Positions 11,928 to 18,234 of a stretch of 32,000 nt of DNA are shown in pieces (position 1 is the first letter of the stretch; every line of letters begins with the position of its first letter). The DNA is from Candidatus Saccharimonadota bacterium. Lineage in GTDB: Bacteria; Patescibacteriota; Microgenomatia; UBA1406; GWC2-37-13. Location: contig MGBH01000001.1 in assembly GCA_001790095.1 (NCBI GenBank), positions 420,001-452,000 of the forward strand, written 5' to 3'. A program made the translations under genes and the position numbers. The notes under the pieces were generated by a model. The model worked only from the letters and a program-made list of their open reading frames with translations, was not told the origin of the DNA and ran no database searches.

Positions 11928-12614
11928 TTAATCACCATCATAAATAGTAATTTTGGTGCCAGGATTATTTTTGACCGCATGAGTAGTTGGTCCATTGGTC
12001 TGAGGTGATGCCCATTCATATAACTTGGCCACATCGGTTATCTTCATATTTATGCATCCATGACTCATCGCATGACCAAAGTTATTATGCCAATAAGCGC
12101 CATGCAAGCTGAAACCAGAATTTGCTGGTACTTTATCGTTTGAATAAAACATAACATAGGGGACATTGGGTAGATTATAATAATCATCCCCCGAACCCCC
12201 ACTCATACGGGTAGATCGTATCTTTACCCAGATGGTAAATTCTCCCTCAGGAGTCGGAAACCATTTACCTGAAGATATGGGCGTCTCCATAAATAATGAA
12301 TCTCCCTCATAAGCTGATAGCATCTGGGTCTTCAGATTGACATATATATGTTTCTCACCTTGTTTTAAATCTGATCCCACCCCCAAGATGATGGGTCTAG
12401 TGGTTTCTGCGGCTAAATCAATCGTTGGAACAAGAACCATCTGGTTGTTAAAAACTCCATTCTCGTTATTTTCAACCTTTAGCATTAAGCTTTCTTTACA
12501 ACTAAGTGTATTTGCGCATGTAGTAATACTTTTTTTTAAAAATAGTGGGTATAAGAGCATGATCAACGAGGCAGTAACTATGAGACATATCGCATAATCC
12601 TTCTTTTTTAGCAC
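11928..12614 (-). CDS. L,D-transpeptidase (YkuD domain)
   Basis: Catalytic signature LHGAYWHNNFGHAMSHGCINM, an N-terminal TM anchor, and a GTG start at 12614. Confidence 0.88.
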   Translation of the reverse strand: MLKKKDYAICLIVTASLIMLLYPLFLKKSITTCANTLSCKESLMLKVENNENGVFNNQMVLVPTIDLAAETTRPIILGVGSDLKQGEKHIYVNLKTQMLSAYEGDSLFMETPISSGKWFPTPEGEFTIWVKIRSTRMSGGSGDDYYNLPNVPYVMFYSNDKVPANSGFSLHGAYWHNNFGHAMSHGCINMKITDVAKLYEWASPQTNGPTTHAVKNNPGTKITIYDGD

Positions 12615-12651
12615 ACTTTATAATAGTACAAAAATAGAATTGTGTAAAGTT

Positions 12652-12660
12652 TGGTATAAT
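12652..12660 (+). promoter_or_regulatory. extended -10 (TGGTATAAT) 7 nt upstream of ATG 12668
   Basis: Perfect TGnTATAAT, then 7 nt (ATAGGTT), then the start codon. This spacing predicts a leaderless or near-leaderless mRNA. Confidence 0.5.
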
Positions 12661-12667
12661 ATAGGTT

Positions 12668-14638
12668 ATGAGCCAACGTCTTATTGCTCTTCTTGGTTTT
12701 GTTTTCTTCTTTAATCTCTTTTTTTTTCATAGTTTCGGATCTGTCATGTTTGGACTTATGGTCTTTGGATCCTTTATCTTTCTAACTGTTACCTTTAAAC
12801 CAGCGCAATACAAAAAGACTGAGCTTCTTTCTGCACTTAGTATTTTATTAATACTTTTATTTTTTTGTTTGGGAGTAATCCTTCGAGCTAATGGTTTTAT
12901 ACAGTCAGTGCTTGGCTTGTCCAGTCTAATAACCCTAGTTATATACGCATATATTTTAAGTAGTAGAATTCCAATGGTCCGCTCATTATTTGAGTTTATT
13001 TTGGCACCTCTTTATTTTGCTCAAACCTATATTAAAACAGGGTTTAAGACGATAAGCATCGTGACCTCCGGACAGTACAAGGAAATACTTTCGGAAAAGT
13101 CGGCCGTTGTAAAGAGCTCTCTTGCTCGATCACTTCTCATAGGGTTTATGATCGGACTTATTGTCATAAGTATCCTTATATCCATGTTTTCAAGCGCAGA
13201 TCCAATATTTGCATCATTTATTAAAAATATTGTTTCAGCAGACTTTATTCAAACACTTTCACAAAGACTTACTTTAAGTTTTTTACTTCTTCTATTGCTG
13301 CTTCCTTTTCTTACACTCAATCGTCGTAATATTTTTAATTCTCCCTTAGAGTTGTTGAAAAGACTGAACTTGGTGCATGAAATGTCTGTTGTTATGGGAT
13401 TAGTAGCTCTTATCATTGGATTATTTCTTATCATACAGTGGCCATATGTATTTGTAAGAGTACCATTTGAAACCGATCTTTCCAAATTCGGTGTGGCTAC
13501 TTATTCTGAATATGTACAAAAAGGTTTTGGCGAATTACTAAAGATTGCATTGTTTGTTTACGGGTTAATATGGGCAGGTTTAGTAATCTTGCGAGAAAAC
13601 AAAGCAAAAGAAAAAAGTGTTTTAAAGTATATACAGATTGTAGTGCTTGTTGAGTTTGCTGTCTTTCTGTTTTCAATATTCAGAAGAATATGGCTTTATC
13701 AGGAATATCATGGGTGGAGTTTGATACGTATTTACGGTAGCTTTTTTCTTCTTTGGATACTTGGTGTTACGATATTCCTTGCCCTCAGGCACTTTTGGCA
13801 GAGAAAATGGGTGATTGGGGAGATGATATTTACTGCTCTTATTATCTTTATGATTGGTGTGCTTAATGTTGAGACTTTTATTGTTCTTAATCATCCTCCA
13901 ACCGTAAATGGTAAGGTTGACTATGTTTATTTGTCGCGGATGTCCTCTGATGGATATGTAGGGTGGGAGAAGGCATACACGTATCAAAAGAATTTAATTG
14001 AAAAATATGAAAAGAAAGAGTTTTTAAATAAAGATGAACGAAAAGAAGTAGCATATGCAGGCATTGTCATAAGAGAATTGCTGCAAAACTATAAAGACAT
14101 GGTGCTACAGAGAGGTACCCAAAATGATCTAAAACAATATTTGATCGAAACCTATGCCTTTCAAAGAGATGCAAACTTAAATTTGTATGTACCACCTGGC
14201 TCAAGAAACTATATTATGGAGCAAAATGATGGGATCACGAAGATGCAAGAACTAATCTGGTCAGAGATGATTGATTACCGTAAGGCTATCAAAGACATAA
14301 CCATTTCTAAATCAACATATAAATATCGATTTAATCTTAGTGATACAGATTCGATGAGGTGGAACCGAAGCTTTTTTACGCTTCCCTACTATAGCGATTA
14401 TTTTAAAAATAAGATTAAAACTGATAAAAAGATTAAAGATTCTAATATTGACAGATTCTATACCTGGAACGCATCTGACGCAAGAGCCTTTTATCTTATG
14501 AATAAAAACATAAGCTACCATGAGCTTTTGCAGTTGCAACGCAAATATTTTAATATTTACTATACTATCGAAAATCAATTTGTTGATCAAAGAGACTACG
14601 ATATGGACATATCTCTCGAATCACCCCTTTTGGATTAA
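12668..14638 (+). CDS. large polytopic membrane protein with a C-terminal soluble domain (possibly DUF4173-like)
   Basis: 656 aa. Roughly 10 or more hydrophobic helices fill the first ~420 aa, followed by a ~230 aa Y/K/N/D-rich hydrophilic tail. The family assignment is from memory only. Confidence 0.6.
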   Translation: MSQRLIALLGFVFFFNLFFFHSFGSVMFGLMVFGSFIFLTVTFKPAQYKKTELLSALSILLILLFFCLGVILRANGFIQSVLGLSSLITLVIYAYILSSRIPMVRSLFEFILAPLYFAQTYIKTGFKTISIVTSGQYKEILSEKSAVVKSSLARSLLIGFMIGLIVISILISMFSSADPIFASFIKNIVSADFIQTLSQRLTLSFLLLLLLLPFLTLNRRNIFNSPLELLKRLNLVHEMSVVMGLVALIIGLFLIIQWPYVFVRVPFETDLSKFGVATYSEYVQKGFGELLKIALFVYGLIWAGLVILRENKAKEKSVLKYIQIVVLVEFAVFLFSIFRRIWLYQEYHGWSLIRIYGSFFLLWILGVTIFLALRHFWQRKWVIGEMIFTALIIFMIGVLNVETFIVLNHPPTVNGKVDYVYLSRMSSDGYVGWEKAYTYQKNLIEKYEKKEFLNKDERKEVAYAGIVIRELLQNYKDMVLQRGTQNDLKQYLIETYAFQRDANLNLYVPPGSRNYIMEQNDGITKMQELIWSEMIDYRKAIKDITISKSTYKYRFNLSDTDSMRWNRSFFTLPYYSDYFKNKIKTDKKIKDSNIDRFYTWNASDARAFYLMNKNISYHELLQLQRKYFNIYYTIENQFVDQRDYDMDISLESPLLD

Positions 14639-14666
14639 TGTAAGGAATTTAAAAGGTTTTTCTAGA

Positions 14667-14672
14667 TATAAT
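14667..14672 (+). promoter_or_regulatory. -10 box (TATAAT) 7 nt upstream of ATG 14680
   Basis: TATAAT, then 7 nt (TATAAAC), then ATG. Confidence 0.4.
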
Positions 14673-14679
14673 TATAAAC

Positions 14680-15255
14680 ATGTTTGATTTAAAGATCTTT
14701 ATCAGCATACTTGCGATTATTTTGACGTTTATTGGATATGTTCCGTATATTCGTGATACTTTTACTGGAAAAACTACACCGCATATATATACTTGGTTTA
14801 TCTGGGGTTTTGTAACCGCCATTGCATTTGGCTTACAGTTAAGTGGAGGAGCGGGGGTTGGTGCATGGATAACATTGGCTGTAGTATTGATATCTGCTTT
14901 AATTTTTGTAGTTGGCTTAAGAAATGGAAAAAAAGACATAGCTCCACTTGACACCGTATTTCTACTTCTTTCTCTTGTAGCACTTGTTTTATGGCTTATT
15001 GCTAAACAGCCTATTTTATCTATCATACTCGTATGCACGATTGATATGTTTGGTTTTGTTCCAACTATTCGAAAATCTTGGCATAAACCATATTCAGAAA
15101 CGCTATTTTCTTATGAGCTTGCTGGATTTCGTCATGGTATAAGTTTGCTTGCTCTACAAAATTATAGTATTGTTACTTGGCTATATCCTGTGACATGGTC
15201 AATCGCCAATACGCTTTTTAGCGTAATGCTGATTATTAGAAGGCGCCAGATTTAA
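14680..15255 (+). CDS. 7-TM membrane protein with an internal 3-TM duplication (PQ-loop/SWEET-like layout)
   Basis: 191 aa with predicted 3+1+3 helices. The end of TM1, GYVPYIRDTFTGKTTPH, recurs at the end of TM5 as GFVPTIRKSWHKPYSET. Confidence 0.65.
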   Translation: MFDLKIFISILAIILTFIGYVPYIRDTFTGKTTPHIYTWFIWGFVTAIAFGLQLSGGAGVGAWITLAVVLISALIFVVGLRNGKKDIAPLDTVFLLLSLVALVLWLIAKQPILSIILVCTIDMFGFVPTIRKSWHKPYSETLFSYELAGFRHGISLLALQNYSIVTWLYPVTWSIANTLFSVMLIIRRRQI

Positions 15256-15273
15256 AGGAAGTAATTAATTGTA

Positions 15274-15843
15274 TTATGTTAATTTGATAGCTATTTCTTT
15301 TACAGGTTTTCTTAGGGTTATTTTTTCTTGATTAACTTCGTCTGAGGGTTGGCCAACCGCAATCATGCACTCTACATCATAATCATCACCTAACTTTAAA
15401 TACTGTTTTGCTTTGTCATAATCAAAACCGCTCATCGCATGGACGACAAAATTTCTATTCACACCCTCAATCGCGAAAGCTTGCCATGCGGCTCCAGAAT
15501 CAAAAGAGTGCGTCCTGTCAAATTTGCCATTATGCTCAAAGGTCTTTTTTGAAACAACAATGATCAAAAAAGCTGCTTTTTTACACCAGTTCTGGTTAAA
15601 GGCAGATAAAAGCTGTATTAAGTCTGTAAAAGACTTATCTCCTTGTTTTGCGTAGTAAAATCGCTCAGGTTGTGCATTAAATGCAGACGGAGCATAGAGA
15701 GCAGCTTCAATAAGAGTTAGAAGATCGTTTTCTGGTATGGTTTTTCCCGTCATCATACGTGGTGACCAGCGAAAAATAATTGACTCTAAGACTTTATTGG
15801 AGTTATTTCTCTTTTTTTTTGCTAGTAAAGAAATATTTATCAT
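15274..15843 (-). CDS. nitroreductase-family protein
   Basis: RWSPRMMTGKTIPENDLLTLIEAALYAPSAFNAQPERFYY matches the nitroreductase N-terminal motif (R.S.R.F...I....L..L.EAA..APSA.N.QP). Confidence 0.85.
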   Translation of the reverse strand: MINISLLAKKKRNNSNKVLESIIFRWSPRMMTGKTIPENDLLTLIEAALYAPSAFNAQPERFYYAKQGDKSFTDLIQLLSAFNQNWCKKAAFLIIVVSKKTFEHNGKFDRTHSFDSGAAWQAFAIEGVNRNFVVHAMSGFDYDKAKQYLKLGDDYDVECMIAVGQPSDEVNQEKITLRKPVKEIAIKLT

Positions 15844-15855
15844 ATGTTGTTTAAA

Positions 15856-15864
15856 AGTATATCA
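15856..15864 (-). promoter_or_regulatory. extended -10 (TGATATACT on the - strand) 12 nt upstream of the nitroreductase ATG
   Basis: The reverse complement reads TGATATACT, then 12 nt, then ATG 15843. Confidence 0.35.
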
Positions 15865-15874
15865 AAATTATCTG

Positions 15875-15880
15875 TATAAT
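15875..15880 (+). promoter_or_regulatory. -10 box (TATAAT) directly upstream of the RNase P-like RNA candidate / ORF 15888
   Basis: TATAAT followed by AGCGGGT and ATG 15888. The predicted transcription start is about 15885-15888. Confidence 0.4.
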
Positions 15881-15884
15881 AGCG

Positions 15885-16099
15885 GGTATGGCAAGTTCGG
15901 GTGAATTAAAAATTAGAATTTTGGAAGTATTCGGATCAGACGGATTACCTTCTTGTGGGATGACTGATGCTGGTAGACTTGGACAAGGAGAAGGAAAGAC
16001 TGAATATATCGGCGGTAGTAAGGAAGAGATACCACCCGGGACTCCAAGATGGATGTTACCCTTTGCCTTACTTCACAGGTATATCCCGGACAAAATGCC
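15885..16099 (+). ncRNA. candidate RNase P RNA (rnpB)-like, unusually compact; ends approximate
   Basis: Ordered matches to conserved bacterial RNase P RNA strings: GGAAGUAUUCGGAUC (15923-37), GGAAAGACUGAAUAUAUCGGCGG (15993-16015), GUAAGGAAGAGA (16018-29), ACCACCCGGGAC (16031-42), AGAUGGAUG (16047-55), CACAG (16074-78) and CCCGGAC (16085-91). Pairings fit the topology: 15885-89/16095-99 (P1), 15890-15904/16056-67 (P2, 12 bp) and 15927+15930-34/16086-91 (P4). The block is locally GC-enriched and open in three overlapping frames. Confidence 0.4.
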
Positions 16100-16216
16100 A
16101 AAATCACCTCGCAATATGGAGAGATATCTTGCTAAAAAAAATTAATGTAATAGTGAATAAGTTGGAACTTATTTCTTAAAAAAAACTTTAGAGTATACAG
16201 ATGAAGATTTTGATAC

Positions 16217-16519
16217 TTAGTTTGATATGGGTGTTGTCCTAGGTGGAGGAGGTTTTGTAGGAGAATTTGAATTACCTATATAGTTTCCAGCTGCATCGTA
16301 ATAATAATAAGTTACAAAACCTGAAGAAGTAACAGTTTTGCGCACTCTTCCCATGGCATCAAAATAATATGTTATTCCATTGACTTTTCTTACTGAATTA
16401 ACATTCGCCTTGCTATTAATTGAAGTGGTTTTTTGGGAGTAAATACCAATGGCAATTATCGCTGCAATTAAAAGAAGGAAAAAGATAATTACTAGAATAT
16501 TTTTAAGGCGTTTATTCAT
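16217..16519 (-). CDS. small membrane-anchored protein with two YD-repeat-like motifs and a Pro-rich tail
   Basis: 100 aa. It has an N-terminal TM helix (ILVIIFFLLLIAAIIAIGI), then GITYYFDAMGRV and YYYYDAAGNYIG, then the C-terminal PTKPPPPRTTP. A strong promoter lies directly upstream. Confidence 0.6.
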   Translation of the reverse strand: MNKRLKNILVIIFFLLLIAAIIAIGIYSQKTTSINSKANVNSVRKVNGITYYFDAMGRVRKTVTSSGFVTYYYYDAAGNYIGNSNSPTKPPPPRTTPISN

Positions 16520-16531
16520 AAGGGCTAATTA

Positions 16532-16560
16532 ATTATAGTTATATTTCACAAGGTTTTCAA
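16532..16560 (-). promoter_or_regulatory. sigma70-type promoter for the 16519 gene (TTGAAA-17 nt-TATAAT on the - strand)
   Basis: The - strand reads TTGAAA (16560-16555), a 17-nt spacer, TATAAT (16537-16532), then 12 nt to ATG 16519. Confidence 0.55.
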
Positions 16561-16699
16561 GTATAGTAGTAATTAGATTTCCTAGAACAGACTTCCTGAA
16601 CCTGTAAGCCTTTTATAACAAATTTGAAACCCACTGGGTTTGAGTTTTGAGAATCGTACAGTAATTTTTTAGAAAAGTACAAGGATGTCTCAATAAGAA

Positions 16700-17452
16700 T
16701 CACGTAAACCTATCAATAATATCAATAATTCCGTCTTCATTTTGCGGTGGTGCAATATAATCCGCAATTGCTTTTAACTCTGAGACTGCGTTTCCCATTG
16801 CCACCCTCAACCCACACGCTATTAAAAGTGAAAAATCATTGTAACCGTCTCCAATCCCAATAATTTCTTTCGGTGATATATTTAATATTTGCGAATACTT
16901 AAGTACTGCGTGTTGTTTTGTTGCTTCAGCATGAGAAAAATAAACATCGGCAAATTTTTCACTTTTATAAGATGCTGATTTAACCACAGCCAAATTTTTA
17001 AATTTGTCTTCTACTTGTTTTATCAACAGATCAGCTAACTCATGAGTTAAGTCATGGATTGACACCTTTCGAATTTTTACGTTTTGGGGAACATCTTGGG
17101 GATTTTCTAGATTAATCGAATCGCATGACAATCTTGTTAAAGTTTCTTCTGGAATCATGTTGATTATTTCTTGAGCTTCGTTATTTGGTAAGTTTTTTTC
17201 CCATATAACAGACCCATTGTTTCCATCGATAATAACAGCTCCATTATCACTAATAATAGGAGTGGTTAAGGAAAGATGCTTGGTTAGATATTCAAGTAAG
17301 AAAAAAGGTCTTCCGGATGCAAGACTAAATAGCATACCCTTTTGACTTAATTCTTTTATCTTTTTTGTTGCTTTTTCCGAGGGAACGGCTTGAGGAACAA
17401 TAGGGGTTAATGTACCATCTACATCAGAAATAATTGCTTTGTATTTACCCAT
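16700..17452 (-). CDS. HAD-superfamily hydrolase, Cof-type (IIB)
   Basis: Motif I ISDVDGTL, motif II SGRP, and motif IV GDGYNDFSL. Length is 250 aa. Confidence 0.88.
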   Translation of the reverse strand: MGKYKAIISDVDGTLTPIVPQAVPSEKATKKIKELSQKGMLFSLASGRPFFLLEYLTKHLSLTTPIISDNGAVIIDGNNGSVIWEKNLPNNEAQEIINMIPEETLTRLSCDSINLENPQDVPQNVKIRKVSIHDLTHELADLLIKQVEDKFKNLAVVKSASYKSEKFADVYFSHAEATKQHAVLKYSQILNISPKEIIGIGDGYNDFSLLIACGLRVAMGNAVSELKAIADYIAPPQNEDGIIDIIDRFT

Positions 17453-17458
17453 CTATTT

Positions 17459-17467
17459 AGTATAACA
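17459..17467 (-). promoter_or_regulatory. extended -10 (TGTTATACT on the - strand) 6 nt upstream of the HAD ATG
   Basis: The reverse complement reads TGTTATACT, then AAATAG, then ATG 17452. Confidence 0.45.
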
Positions 17468-17560
17468 AACAGTCATATTCCGTTTATGAATTAAAACTTA
17501 CTCCATTTCTTATAGTGGAATATCACACTAAAATAACTCTGGGGGTTTGTAAAAAAATAG

Positions 17561-17836
17561 TTACTCCAGGTTTTTGTATTGCAACTTGCTCAGAATATAC
17601 TTTAATTGAATTTTCATTATACCTCTTCCATTTCCTCCTTTTAAATACTTTTCTCTTCTTCTGGCATCTAACTCCTTTAAGTAAGCTTCGTAATAAATCA
17701 ACTTTAGAGGCGTGCGATATTTGGTTGCCTTTACAAAACCGCTTATGTGAGCTCTGTATCGCGATCGCAGATTGTCTGTATAACCAGTATACAACTGTCT
17801 ATCCTTTTTTGAAAATAGAATATACACGTAGTACAC
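17561..17836 (-). CDS. small stand-alone GIY-YIG nuclease-domain protein
   Basis: 91 aa: YYVYILFS...LYTGYTDNLRSRYRAH...YYEAY....A..REKYLK. GTG start. The antisense ORF 17515..17856 is treated as spurious. Confidence 0.85.
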   Translation of the reverse strand: MYYVYILFSKKDRQLYTGYTDNLRSRYRAHISGFVKATKYRTPLKLIYYEAYLKELDARRREKYLKGGNGRGIMKIQLKYILSKLQYKNLE

Positions 17837-18009
17837 AATTGTACTTTATACGATAGATATATTTTTGTACAGAGTCTAGAAACTGCAAACCTTATAAAAG
17901 TATTGTTGCGATAGGTTATCAAATGCGAAGTCACTATATATTATTAGTGCAATTTAATTTAATATTTCGTCCATAAAATAGATTTAACTATTTAAATGAA
18001 GATTTGATC

Positions 18010-18037
18010 TTGACATTTGAACTGAACTGGTTAATAT
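18010..18037 (+). promoter_or_regulatory. near-consensus sigma70 promoter (TTGACA-16 nt-TAATAT) pointing into the structured element
   Basis: TTGACA at 18010-15, a 16-nt spacer, and TAATAT at 18032-37. The predicted +1 at about 18043-45 coincides with the first bases of the closing helix of the downstream element. Confidence 0.5.
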
Positions 18038-18041
18038 GTTA

Positions 18042-18190
18042 AAGGAAGTCTCGGTGAGCAAGCTAAGCTTGCTGTACACCGAGCTAAGCTCGGTGATCCA
18101 TTGAGTGTCGCAACCGAACCAAACCTGAGAATAATTATTCCAGAAATTCTTGATTGGTATTCTAGCTTCGGCCAGTATAAGTACTTCCTT
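18042..18190 (+). ncRNA. unclassified structured small RNA candidate (~150 nt)
   Basis: A perfect 8-bp closing helix, AAGGAAGU (18042-49) with ACUUCCUU (18183-90). Inside are perfect hairpins at 18057-73 and 18077-95 and an imperfect UUCG-loop hairpin at 18162-75. A promoter lies immediately upstream. The strand is not certain: one G.U versus A.C pair favours the - strand. Confidence 0.4.
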
Positions 18191-18234
18191 CAAGCAATGT
18201 ACGCTTAAGTATTCAAACCACTAATTTATATATG

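Noticed and set aside
15888-16145. 85-aa ORF (MASSGELKIR...) as a leaderless protein gene, since TATAAT-N7-ATG fits the leaderless pattern
   Set aside because: Not fully excluded, but considered less likely. Three overlapping ORFs in different frames and strands are open here, which is typical of GC-richer structured RNA in an AT-rich genome. The Gly/Pro/Arg-rich composition differs from every other protein in the window. The region also carries ordered RNase P-like motifs with matching long-range pairings.
16113-16178. Hairpins GCAAUAU..AUAUCUUGC (16111-16132) and AATAAGTT-GG-AACTTATT (16157-16174) as terminators of the RNase P-like transcript
   Set aside because: The first contains a mismatch and is followed by an A-run, not a U-run. 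The second is an AT-only stem followed by just TCTT. Both are noted as possible 3' structures, but neither is a convincing intrinsic terminator.
15875-16180. tmRNA, SRP RNA, cobalamin/TPP riboswitch or 6S RNA as the identity of the 15.9-16.1 kb block
   Set aside because: There is no tRNA-like 3' end (no GGUUCGA T-loop or CCA context) and no tag ORF, which rules out tmRNA. There is no GGAA-tetraloop/AGCA domain IV motif, which rules out SRP RNA. There is no B12 box or CUGAGA core, and no + strand gene downstream for a riboswitch to control. It does not fold as a single long rod as 6S RNA would.
16627-16641. Hairpin AAACCC-ACT-GGGTTT downstream of the HAD gene as a terminator
   Set aside because: The stem is only 6 bp with a 3-nt loop, and the U-tract on the - strand is interrupted (CAAAUUUGUUAU). 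That is too weak to call.
17984-18193. 69-aa - strand ORF (TTG start) between the methyltransferase and GIY-YIG genes
   Set aside because: It uses a TTG start with no promoter or SD context, and I recognise no motif. It lies exactly over the perfect palindromes, which read ELSS/KLSL on both strands. The ORF is most likely a by-product of the RNA or palindrome structure.
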